A DNA stretch of 64,000 bases from Macrostomum lignano (taxonomy: Eukaryota). Where the stretch lies: NCBI GenBank assembly GCA_002269645.1, contig NIVC01000452.1:1-64000 (forward strand), written 5' to 3'. Shown here in pieces: positions 34,201 through 50,100 of the stretch. The position numbers and the translations under genes were made by a program. The notes beneath the pieces are model-generated. The model searched no databases. It was given only the letters and a program-made list of their open reading frames with translations, and had not been told where the DNA came from. Within the stretch, counting starts at the first letter, position 1, and each line of letters opens with the position of its first letter.

Positions 34201-35017
34201 TGTTACAGGGTGGGTTTCAAGGCTTTGACACAAATGTATAGGTTGCATCATTGGCAGTGTCAAGGGTGTTAGCTGCATCAGCTGGCAGACAGTCAATAAA
34301 ATGTGAGTGCGTGCCTTTCCTCTCTAGTATTAAGGTGCCTACAGCGTCAGCAGCATCAGCACCAGCTGCGGGCATGCAATATGAATCGGCTTGGATGACA
34401 TGGCCTGGCAGCTGGAGACTGGAGTTGCCAACTGCGCAACAGTTTGCTAAGACGGACACCAGTTCAGCGATAAAGTGTCACATTGGTGACTTGCTCATAG
34501 CTAATCTAACAATCTTGGGGGCAGTACACTACACTGTAAAAAATATGTGGCCAAAAAAGTGGCCGAACGCAAGTGGACATTTAGTGGCCGAGAGTGTCCC
34601 ACGTACGGCCACTAAAAAGTGGCCACTATAATTAAGTGGCCGAAAGCGGCCACTATTTATGTGGCCGAAAGCGGCTATTTAAAAGATACCCATACTTTTC
34701 CGTGCACTATCTAGCCCAATGTTTGCCCATCGTTAATAATTTCTCTCTGATGCCGATTTCTTGCATGGAATGGATATAATATTTTTTAAAAGAAATAAGA
34801 ATATATACTAGAAGGACATCCAGAAACGAATTACATTGCTACTATAAGCATGCACATAATATAGTTAAATGCTTGACGAAAGTTATACTATATTTTTAGC
34901 AAGCACATTAGAATTTTTATTTTAAACAAAACAGTTCGAGTACAGATGGGCATTTTCATAAAAATGCAAGCAATATGACGCAATAAAATGCAAAGGACGA
35001 CCTTGATTGTAGCGGAC

Positions 35018-35372
35018 GAATGGCATATGGCAAATGCAAAAAGTGACATCGGAGGTTAAAGAAATATTAGTGACGAATGAATAATTAAACATTTATTTTT
35101 AACCGAAAAATTACGTAACACTTTTTCTTGATAATTCAGGCAATGCAAAAGTATTGCCAAAGTAATCGCTCGGTGATTAAAAATCGCAGCAGTGCCAACA
35201 CTGGCCCAGTTAGAGAATGGCATAGCAAATGCAAAAAGTGACATCGGAGATTTAAGAAATATTAGTGACGAATGAATAATTAAACATTTATTTTTAACCG
35301 AAAAATTACGTAACACTGTTTCTTGATAATTTAGGCAATGCAAAAGTATTGCCAAAGTAATTGCTCGGTGAT
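35018..35372. repeat. About 196-bp tandem duplication inside the CACTG element
   Basis: GAATGGCATA..GCAAATGCAAAAAGTGACATCGGAG.. occurs at 35018 and 35215. Confidence 0.85.
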
Positions 35373-35395
35373 TATAAGTTAGAGAATTGTCTGCA

Positions 35396-37074
35396 CTACA
35401 TTGGCAACACATTAACAGTCGTCCGGATGGTCTGGTTGGTGGCACATTTCGGGTTTCTCAGCTTGAAAAATATTTCGATTGTTTCTAATACATTCTTGGT
35501 TCGGGGATCGTGCTTTAGATTCAAGGCTAAGAAGGCCAGAACGTACACTAGAATTGACTCCAGTGTAGATTCAGTCTTCACCGTGGTACTTGAAACATGC
35601 ATACCCCTCCAACGACCATCAGAACTTGACGCTGCCTGGTCCGAAACGATACTAATGAGGCAATTGCTGTCAAAAAGGGCGTCAAGGTTTATCACTTTTG
35701 CCTTGATAGCAAGCAGCATGAACCCGTTTCGAGCTACCACTTCCAGATCATTGGAAGGTTTTAAAAATGCCTTGGCCCGATTCAATCTAATGAACAGTTG
35801 CGAGCTGCCACATAGCCAAAGTGTCAGGCTGCACAATTTGTTTGATAGTGTACCGGAAGTGCAATCTGGCAGCAAATAGTCAGATTTATGGCAGCTTAAG
35901 TACACTTTGACGACCCAAAGGGCTTCTTTGCATAAAAGCTGCAAATTTGCAAGCAGTGGAAATGCCTTAAATTGTTCGTCAAGAGTCATGCTCTGTGCTG
36001 CGTGAACTTGATCATTGAAGGATGCCACCATGGCTTTGGATGCCTCCTTTATCAGTATTAAGAGTTGCCCATCTTTAATCATGGCCTGCATGCTCTTAAT
36101 TGAGTCAGGCAAAGGCGCTCCGCACTCTTTGTGCACCGAGTTGCCAATCATGGACGTTATGTCACTTGCTCGGCAATTAGCTTCAGACTCTGAATCACTG
36201 CTCAACTCTTCGTCACTAATCTCTCTATTCTCAGCCTCGTTTGAAGCATCTGAGTCATCTGGCGAAGCAGGCTGCTTTTGCCGACTGCCTGTGTTATTAC
36301 TATTCAGCTTTGATAGTCTTTGTTTGCCAAACTTTTCTCTCATAGAGAGAACTTTTGGTGGTAGGTTGGCGTCGGCTACGAATGTTTTTTCTTGCCAAAA
36401 TTTTATATGGCGACGACGAATATGGATTCCCCAAAAACTGTGGCCAGCCACGGTATTAATATCGGCAAGATATGGGAACTTTCCCACAATGGAACTTGAA
36501 AAAACTTTTAGCTCTGTTGATTTTAGATGCGGCTTGTCGGCACCCATGTAGTTCAAAACAATATCATTTACAATTGGACGAAGAAGGGCATTAATAAATG
36601 TGGTGTCCATCATTAGTTTGCCAGCCTTCTCCCGAGAATTAGCTGCTTGATTTGGGCAACAAAGTCGGCAGGGAATTGAGGCAGCTTATAAACGGCTGGC
36701 ACACTATGGATAGCGTTTGGACAGTTTTGGACAGCATGGACAGGTTCCGATGTTGTTGCATTTGCTGCAGCAGCAGGAGCAGCTATTAAAAGTTGTGTAT
36801 CTTCGCAAGCCGTTGAGTGCAGCAGTGCGTCAGCAGGCTGTGTCAGAGCTACAAATGCGAACATCTGTGAAGGCATTTCATCAATCACAGCCTTCCAGAT
36901 AGTCTCATCATGAATCTCGAAGCCATCTTCAGTCGTCACCGTCATACCGACTAGGTCGATTGGTAGTGCTTGGCAACCAGCTGCTACAAATTCGGTGAAT
37001 ATGCCACTGGACTGAATTAGCACCTTCTTTCTGGTCCGCCGTTGAAACTCGATATAATGGCATGACAGGGCCAA
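35396..37074 (-). pseudogene. Transposon accessory ORF (EnSpm ORF2 / SAMD3-like), about 560 aa, split by one frameshift near 36640
   Basis: ORFs 36613-37074 and 35396-36613 overlap at TAATG, and the second frame stays open upstream of its ATG. N-terminal TTEDGFEIHDETIW resembles a CIDE-N-type motif; YKLPQFP ... IVGKFPYL ... W resembles animal EnSpm accessory ORFs (recalled). Confidence 0.55.
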
Positions 37075-38068
37075 CAGATTGCTGCGGGTGTATAGATTGA
37101 ATAGTTGATATAACTAGTAATTATAGTAGTCCTGGTATATTGCCATTGTGTGCATTGCTTAATATACTATATTTTTAGTATTTTTTTATCACTTATGTTG
37201 GTTGATTAAATAAAGTTACCCGCCCTTAGACATCAGTTGGACAAAATATATTGGCACTCACTTGTTAATGTTAGTGTTGACATTTTGTTTCCTGTTATTT
37301 ACTTTTGTGGAACATTTAATGTGATTTTAATCTAGCACTATAATTGGAGCCATGCTGTGACCCTTTTAAATATCTTTCAGTGTGCCCAGTATGATTTTAT
37401 AGTAGTTTTGATCACAATGGAATCATAATATTTTTTTTCTCTGCTTTGGTTTTTTAAGTCTTCATTTTCTGTTGTCTCAAATTTTAAATTAGATAGGAGG
37501 AAAAGAAGAGAAAATTGCATAGTGCTTTCCAGCAATTATGTCTACAAAAACAGGAGGATGCAAAAACTGCCTTTTTGGGTCCATGATATGCATAATTGAT
37601 ACAGGTTCACAGAAAAAACTAAAATATGATGGCAAATAAACAGATTTACATTCTTTAACAATTAGCAGCCAATTTCCCATAATGCAAAAAATTTTCCAAA
37701 CATAAAATAAAATTGGATCTCCCACTGGGCTTAGTTTTGATTTTTTTGTCTTAAGGAACCATTCAATGAATGATTTCAATGATTTAATATAACCTTTGAA
37801 AATCTAAAAAAATACAGAAGGCTGGATGTAAAAAAAGGAACATTTTCTTGAAGTCTATTTATAAATGATTATTTAATATACTATGCTTAATCAAACTCTG
37901 ATTCTAAAATGTCTAAGAACTAATTTTACATTTTATTTAGTTTGCCCCATTTTGTCCACCTTCTAATATCCATTGAATTGAAGTTTTTGCAATGCATTGT
38001 AGTTTATAATCTGCATCAATGTGATTCTATGTATCACACATCAGCACTCAGATTATGTTCTAGCATAA

Positions 38069-41376
<3,308 letters not shown>

Positions 41377-42498
41377 GCAACATTTAAATTCAAATTAATA
41401 AATTTTATTTTAAAACATTTAAAATGTCGTTGCTACTTTAAGTAGAAGAACAGTGCAGGTTTTTTCATATAATGTGCAAATAATATCTTTTACTTTTTGT
41501 TTAAATTTGGCGCATTTTTATTATATTTTTTAACAGTTGACACATGCAATTTTAGCTCAGCAAAGAATCTCTTTGGTATGCTGCTGCTACTGCTACTGCC
41601 CAGAATTTCTGCTTTTTTTCTCTTACTGACTTTTCTGTCTCTTGTCTTGACTGTCATTATCGCTGTTATTTAGACACTCACACATAACTGACTGATACAT
41701 GAAGATAACATGAAATTTCTGATTTGCAATTCTCTTCGGCTTGTTATTGTTAATTTTATTTGATTACTAATAATACTATTAGTAGCAGTTTTTGGATTCT
41801 GTATAGTTATCGTCTTTCTGCAATGTTGCTTGTTTGTCTTTTTAAACCGCCAATTGTTTGGCTTGTTTTTTAGAAGTTGAACATACATTTCTAGCTAAAT
41901 GTTTTGAATGCAATTTCCCCAACAATTGCACCGCTGTTGGCTGGTGGCACTTTATGTCCGGTGTGAGGGAATGAATGTTAAATTAACTCAATCAAATTTC
42001 TGAGCATTGCACTTCTGCATGCTTCTGGCACTTGGCGAATAAGCGACCCATTTTAAGCAGTGATTGCACAAATGTACTTTTAAATATATACAGGATTTAA
42101 TCGAATGTATTAGATAATATATATACATCATGTACTGTTTTTTATGTGACTAGTGAATGCTTATTTAATAGCAAAATAACTGAGCTTTCTCACCCAGCTT
42201 TCAGGTTAGGCGGTGCTGCCGTATTAACAGTAAAATTAACACCTCCAATGCTCCAATCATCGCGTGTCCATGTCCTTTGCGCACTACTGCGAGTAGTTTA
42301 CTACTGCACTGCACAGTAACAGCTTTGTATATTATTTCGCTGCCTGACCCTCCGCCTCGTTTTGCCTTCCAGGCCATCTTTTTGTTATTATTTGTTTTTC
42401 GCTTAAAATTTGTTAATATCTGGCTTGCTTAGCGTCCCCGTTTCGCACATTTCCTTTTGCTTTTGTATAGGCTATTGCTGTCCTGGGGTATAAAGCAA

Positions 42499-42523
42499 AT
42501 ATATATATATATATATATATATA
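42499..42523. repeat. (AT)n microsatellite
   Basis: Read directly. Confidence 0.9.
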
Positions 42524-44119
42524 AGTTATGAATTATTAATAGTATATCACATATATACATTGAAGTATGGTTTCAATTAGCATCTACATTAAGCCGACAT
42601 TTCAATATTAGCTAATATGCACATCTCTTTCCCGCAAGGCGCGAGGGAGGCTGCGTATATAATGCATTATATTTATAACAGACACGAGACACAATATTCT
42701 TGATTATGGCTGAGAAATCTGCTCAAAACTTGCTTGCACGGAAAAGAAGACAGAAAACACCGAAACACCAATAAATTAATATAATTGCTGATGAAAATAC
42801 AAGGTGGCTCACTTTATATCAATAACAGGAATATAATATCTTACTCGTCAAATCTAAGAGTTAAAATGGAAAACAAAGGAAAAACAACTAACCTAGCGGA
42901 GAAAGAAGCCATTGGACACGCGGACGCGGACAACATGCGGAACCAAAAATGCATTTGGATTTAAATTGGAATAAACAAGACAAAATCACTAACAGTCATA
43001 GTAAATCAATATCATGATTATTATGTTGAATTTGATATTAAACTCTGCTTGATGGTACACAATCAATTTTGTCTGATTAAATTACCAAAATATCCAACAA
43101 AAGTAGCCAACACCAATATAGATTAGTGAGAGAGAGATGAAAATAATGCAAGATTTGACTTGATAATAATAAGATTAATCATTATAACAACAGTAGGTCT
43201 TTGTTGCACAACAAATGCTGCACACAGGACGCACAAGGAGACAAAAGAAAAGCTGCATAATAATTATCAAAATTATCAATTAAGCTGGCTTTGCCTGGCT
43301 GACTAAAAATAAAATTACTTTGTGACTAGAGATCTGCGCTTTGAGAAAAAAGCTCGGCATGACAGCTACTCTACTTTCAGTTCAGTAGCAAGGAAGCATG
43401 CGTAAGCTATTTCATGAAAAGAAAGCCAATTGGAGCTGGAGTGATGGATGCCGTTAGTGTACATTAGTCAGCGCCGCTGAGATTCCGGAACTCCCGAGGA
43501 AGGCAATAAAAATTGGACGGCAGGTCCGGGAAAGAGGCTTGGAAAAAGCTTAAAATGCTTAACTTTCTACTGAACTGAAAGTAGCTTACATGCGTTAAAT
43601 GGCCCAGATAGTTAGACTCGCGATCCTGCCGAATATTTTGTTAATTTTCACTCCGAAGTGCTTTTAATGGCTTACTATACATATCGGTTGCAATATCGAT
43701 AACTTCAGGAACAGTGGACTTCAAATTCACGAAAATTAGCCTGTGGGTTGTCGTGGGATTCACACCTGTTGAGCCAACCCTAAAGGTACAGGGAGTGTAC
43801 ATGCCTGACGATTAGAAAGTCGGGCCGTTGTACACCCTGGTACAACATGGGACCATGGGCTGTGGGACCATGTCACCGAAGGAGTGTGCTCACAACCGTC
43901 GTGTGAATATTGCTATCATTAGTTCCATTCGAGAGCATTAAATTGACATGAAACCCTCATTTTATCCCTTTACGAGCTAATCCCTTGAGAGCCGGAGGGA
44001 CTTAGATGAAACATAAAACGTCTTGGCGGAATCGCTGTAGTTATAATTACAGATATGCGAGGCTTGCCAATCCAGTTTAAATTGTAGATAAAAATCCTTG
44101 AGTTACTCTGGCCAGTTAT

Positions 44120-47100
44120 TTAGTTATCCTCGGCCAGGTCCTCCGCCAGACAGTCAGGCAGGAAGCCGAAGCAGCCGGCCAGCCGGCCGCTGAACCGGCC
44201 AAGCAGGTCGCGGAGCCGCCGGTCCTCGGCGCCGGCCACCAGCAGGCCGAGCTGGCTGGACACCGCCGGCAGGCAGGCGGCGAATGCCGAGTCCGGCAGG
44301 TCCAGGATGGGGCGCAGCAGCTGGGCGATCATGCCGGCCAGGCTGGCCAGCCGGGCGTCCGAGTCACGCAGCAGGGAGACGGCCTGCTCGGCGTGCACCT
44401 GGCCGGAGCAGCAAGGGTCACGGTTGTGTCGCGTTCACAAGCTCGAAGTTTCAGTTCTTGTCTACCACACTCCAGATCCTTGTCTACCACACTCCCAGAT
44501 CCTTATCTACCACACACTCCCAGATCCCTGTCTACCACACACTCCCAGATCCCTGTCTACCACACACTCCCAGATCCTTGTCTACCACACACTCCCAGAT
44601 CCCTGTCTACCACACACTCCCAGATCCTTGTCTACCACACACTCCCAGATCCTTGTCTACCACACACTCCCAGATCCTTGTCTACCACACACTCCCAGAT
44701 CCTTTTCTACCACACACTCCCAGATCCCTGTCTACCACACACTTCCAGATCCTTGTCTACCACTCACTCCCAGATCCTTGTCTACCACACACTCCCAGAT
44801 CCTTGTCTACCACACACTCCTAGATCCCTGTCTACCACACACTCCCCACCTGCTGATGCTGCTGACTCTCGGCGGAGTAGCCGCTGGACCCGCCGGCGCC
44901 AGCAGCAGCTGCAGACGGCGCAGCGTGGCCAATATGATGACGCGACTGCTGAGGCAGACTGTGCGCCAGCTTGCGCCGCTTGTACTCGGCCATGAGCCGG
45001 CCGATGGCTTTTTCACCAGCCAGGCTGTACACCTGCTGCTGCTGCTGCTGCTGTGCATCCGCGGTGGAAGAGGCCGGAGATTCTGCTGCTTCCCCGGACG
45101 TCGTCGCGACGCCGCCGTCCAAGCTGGCCGACGTGCCGCTGGCGATGGCCGAGGCGACATCGTCAGGCTGGGCGACCAGCAGGAAGAGCAGCGGCCGCTC
45201 GGACAGCCGGTCGGCGGCCTGCAGGCAGTCGCGGCTGGCCAGCAGGTCCAGGTAGGTGTGGGTCAGTACGGACATGGCGTGGCCAATCAGGTAGGCAATC
45301 TCCGGCTTGCCCAGCCAATCAGAGCCCGGCGGCAGGCGCATGAGGGGGCTGGCCTCCAGGGCTGAGCTGGGCAGAGCGGCAAAGTCCGACCGGCCTGCGG
45401 GTCAGGGGCGATTAATGGGGTCAGCAGCAGGTCAGATTGATGGGGTCAGCAGCAGGTCAGATTGATGGGGTCAGCAGCAGGTCAGATTGATGGGGTCAGC
45501 AGCAGGTCAGATTCATGGGGTCAGCAGCAGGTCAGATTGATGGGGTCAGCAGCAGGTCAGATTCATGGGGTCAGCAGCAGGTCAGATTCATGGGGTCAGC
45601 AGCAGGTCAGATTGATGGGGTCAGCAGCAGGTCAGATTGATGGGGTCAGCAGCAGGTCAGATTCATGGGGTCAGCAGCAGGTCAGATTCATGGGGTCAGC
45701 AGCAGGTCAGATTGATGGGGTCAGCAGCAGGTCAGATTGATGGGGTCAGCAGCAGGTCAGATTCATAGGGTCAGCAGCAGGTCAGATTGATGGGGTCAGC
45801 AGCAGGTCAGATTCATAGGGTCAGCAGCAGGTCAGATTCATGGGGTCAGCAGCAGGTCAGATTCATGGGGTCAGCAGCAGGTCAGATTGATGGGGTCAGC
45901 AGCAGGTCAGATTCATGGGGTCAGCAGCAGGTCAGATTCATAGGGTCAGCAGCAGGTCAGGAGTGACTCATACAAGCAATTTCGGGCGGTAATCTTATGG
46001 AGCACGCATGAGCAATTTAACCTACCAAGCGAGTGCCGCACAGCCAAAGGGATGAGCAAGCCAGCCAGGTATCCCACAGCTAATCCGGCCTGCTTATAGA
46101 GATTAGCGGCCACCCGCACTCTGCAGGCCTTCTGTAGCAGAAACTTCAGACCGGGCCGCTGGTCGAACTGGCTGCTGAGATTGTAGCACTCCAGCAGTGC
46201 AGCCGCCAGCTGCATCGCGTGCGAGCCCTGCACATAGTCGGCCGCGGACACGGGCTTGGCCTGGCCGGACAGCTCGCCGACTGTCTGCAGCAGCAACTGC
46301 TGGGCCAGGAGGCCGCGTACGATGGCGCCGAGTTCGATGCGCGCCTCCGGCTCAGCGTCCTTCTCGGAGCGGTACAGCAGAAACACCAGGGGTCGCTCGT
46401 CTTCTTTGGCCTGCAGGACCGAGTCTGATTAGAAGAGAGAAGTGTGCGATGTATGCCTGACTATGGGCTAATCCAGATTCTCAGTTGCTGGGCCAGTCTC
46501 CCAGATCCTCAGTTGTTTCAAGAATGAGGCACCATCATCCTAGATTCTTAGAATGGGCCGCCACCCTTGGTTTGGCCTTGTTTTTCAATTTTATTAAAGA
46601 AAAGTAGCCTGCCTCTTCTAAGCAAGCTGCATTAACTTAAATTAGCAAGGAGGCAAAAAGTCCGTGGCAAGGTCAACAATAGTTAATGTGCTGAATGCGC
46701 CTCCCTCAGCATGCCCTTGAAGTGTTTTGCCTAACCTCTATAAAATAATATATAAGAATATATATTCAATATTTTGCTTATTCCGCGATTTTGACACTGT
46801 TGGACCTATTTAGTATATTTTCATAGCTACTACTCGTGCAGATCTTATCTTATTTCTTACGATTTATACTAGAACAGTATATTTACCTTGATTTTATTTA
46901 TTTAGTAGCTAGTGCTGTTTTTGTGCCATTTGACTGCAATGTAATTATACGATAGCCATCGGTCTAGCTAATAGACCCTTATGTAGTTATATATAACATA
47001 ATGTCCTCAAGAAGAATATTTCAAACAAAATTTTAATGTCTCTTATTTGGTAATTTAAACAATTCATCCATAATCTAACAGATCTACTTTAAAGGATATA

Positions 47101-50100
47101 TTCATTTAATAACAATCCGAAGGCGAAGATAGAGGCAACAGTTCATACTTCGCCAGTTGCAAATGACTTTAACATGGTGAGCGATAGACATCAAATGACA
47201 TTTTAACGGCTGAAAGACCGTACTTAGCTCGCAGAAATGGATATCGCGCACTAAAGGACCTACTGACTACCACACTACCACACGCTGCTACATTAAGGTG
47301 CTATCTTGGCAGTTGGGGCCCTTTTGGAAACGATATGGACTGTCGGACATTAGTGCAAGCACAATTTAGAGTGGTGTCCACATCACAGAAGCTCTGCTCC
47401 ATCAATTTTGATGAGGTTTATGTTCTATCTTCCACTCGACTTCGTGGCTGTCACATAGTTGGGCATGCCGAAGATGACTCAACTAAGCTAGCACGTACAG
47501 TTTTGGCCATTATGGTTAGACCACTCATGGGTGCTCGTCTTATACCAATCTACAGCTTGAATCCCGTTTTTTTCACCAGCAACTTGTGCGACTTATTGCA
47601 ATAATCCATGCATGTGGTGGCATTTTCCTGAGCTTTGTTTGTGATGACCACTTTACGAACCGTAATTGCTTCCAGTTGTTGAACCCATCACCTGCGTCAC
47701 CATGGAAGGCAATTAATCCATCTGCCTTTACACTTTCATTGTTTCTGCTATACGGTTGCTTAAAAACATTCGCAACAATTGGCTAACACAATGACATGGA
47801 GAAATTGATTTTCGCTGTACACCTGAGCAACCTCTACGCCGTGCCAGATGGCAGCACATTGTTCAAATTGAGCAACAGTCTCACCAACTGGTAGTTCGTT
47901 CTACCACCCTCACAGCGGTGGCATGCAATCCTGTGCCTCCTGAACGCCAGGAAGTTTATATCGTATTAAATGTGCTCAACGAAAAAAACAGTTGCAACAC
48001 TGCGCATCAATGGTAATAGCGACACTGCCGAATTTGTCCATTCTGTCGCTGAATTTTGAAGATCGTCAATGTAAGATCGCCGGACTCTGAATCACCCCAG
48101 ACGAGCTCCAATTGTGTCAGATGCCTCGCATAGCTTTAAACTATCATCCTCAATTTGCTTCCAAGACGGAGCAGATGGCTGAGGGCGGGGTCCCGCACGG
48201 CAGCGTTCTCTCACAACAGAGACACAGAAAGCTGTCATTCAAATCTGGAGAGGTCTTGTGGAGCTTTCGAAATGCCTGCTATCCAAGCAGCTATTCACCT
48301 TTGTCCTTCTAGGTAAGAATAGAATAGCAAATACATAAGATAAAATAAAAAACCAAGCTAGTATTTTCACTTCCAGGTGCTTTCCAATCTGACCCCCTTA
48401 AGGGCGAGTTCTCAATCTATAGGCAAGGACATGGAGGGTGCTATTTTATCTCTGTTGAGCAAGTTTTCCTGACTGCAAAATTGTTTCGAATGGAGTTGTA
48501 TGCCTAGCTTGATGCCAACATACCAGAGCAACCACAACCTGCATGTTGTAGCGAGGAAGGCTTAAAGGATGCTGAACTCACAGCCATTGACCATTTGTCA
48601 GTTCATGAAGCTGCTGTTTCTGAGACAGAAAGAGCTGCACTTTATTATATATGCGGCTACGCTGCACGCGAGGAAGATATCCCTCTATTTGATTCTGATA
48701 TTCGTCACACTGTAGAAAAAAAGGCATGCAGTGAATTTACGAGTCTTTTATCTCGTGGAAAGCGTGTGAATCCTCCCGAATGGTAGCTTGTTTTCGCTCT
48801 ATTGTGCTAGTCGTATTTCAATTTGCTGCACTAAACTTGTTTGAATATTAATAAAATAAATAAAATAATAATTTTAGACGGATACTGTACTTTTGACAAA
48901 TATTTTGAACTGTTAAAGTCTACTTTATTTAACTTATTGATGTGTTAAATCAGAGAGCATATTTTAATGCCTATTCTGCGACAGAATAAGCATCTTACGT
49001 TCAAGTGTGCACAGGAGAAACATAGAAAAATCGGCATCCAATGATATTTTCACCAATTCTAAGTCTTGCGTCCTTTCCTACTTTAGTAGTCCTTGCGCCC
49101 GTTGTGTTTGTGTCCCACCCCTCTGGCGCCTGCGTAAGCCGCCCGGTGCCTGATTGGCGGAGGCTCGGGCAGTGTTCCCCCTTCTCGTCTTGTAGCGCTG
49201 TCAACCCCTCCCCAACCTTTTTGCAATGTATCCCCCGGCGCTGGCTTAGCCAGTTGGCTCACTCTGATTGGCTGCGAGTCCGTCTGTTTGGCAGAACCCC
49301 TTTTTATTCCTGCCCTGGCCTGCCTAGAATATTTATATGAGGCCTCAGCGGCCCCTGCTTTCCTCGCGCTCGACCCTTTTCGGTCAACGCTGCCCCGTTG
49401 CGCCTACGTGTCCTGCGGCTGCGATTATAAATAAAGGTGACGCTCTTATTACACCGAAGCCGAGCCGACGACCGGGCCGGGCCGTTGCCCTTCAGCGAAC
49501 AACAATGCCCCCGGTTGTTCAGCGAGCAAATCGTGAGCACTCCTACTGTCTGTCTTTTCGGGATTTGCTTGCCTAGAGCTGAGCCAGGATTAGGAGTGTC
49601 GTATGCTGATTCCCACCTCAATCAGCTCAGCGTCATACACCTAGCAAGAGGCCATCGTGTATTGTACGCTCGATCAGCCTGATCTCAGCCGACTCTGCGA
49701 CAGCAGCGCTCAAGGAAATAAGAAGTTTCGCTTGGGATTCTTCCCTTGGTTCATCACATTAAGACTAAAGTTGATTGTGATTCTGAGAGTGAGAGTAAAA
49801 GGTCTTGACTTGGAGTCTGATTGAAATACAAGCTCGTAGAGTTAAAATATTAGCTCAAGTAGTAGCTCTAGCAGCAGTGAAGCTGAAATCATCAAGCCAC
49901 TAAGTGCCAGGGTGCTCCATTACGAGTAAAACAGTCAGTTGACATTGTTAGTGCCTTTGGCTTTCAAAAGGAGATTGCGAAACTTGCAGCCTGCCGGAAG
50001 ACTTTTGGATCTCAGCCTGGGAAATCAGGCCTTTCTCAAGCTTCCAAGAAAAGAAAGTCAGTAAGCCTTTGTTCTAGTGGAATACCATCGACAATGATGC

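Larger units (their letters stand above)
34532..37100 (-). mobile_element. EnSpm/CACTA-type DNA transposon fragment with one visible end
   Basis: CACTGTAAAAAA at 34532 preceded by TA and followed by clustered GTGGCC subterminal repeats (34547-34675). Matching right TIR not found, so the right boundary is only approximate. Confidence 0.6.

Noticed and set aside
37370-37382. ATATCTTTCAGTG as the right TIR of the CACTG element
   Set aside because: Imperfect match, flank is TG rather than TA, and there are no GTGGCC subterminal repeats.
48964-48992. Hairpin ATGCCTATTCTG-CGA-CAGAATAAGCAT as a Helitron or P-element end
   Set aside because: No CTRR terminus or partner TIR identified.
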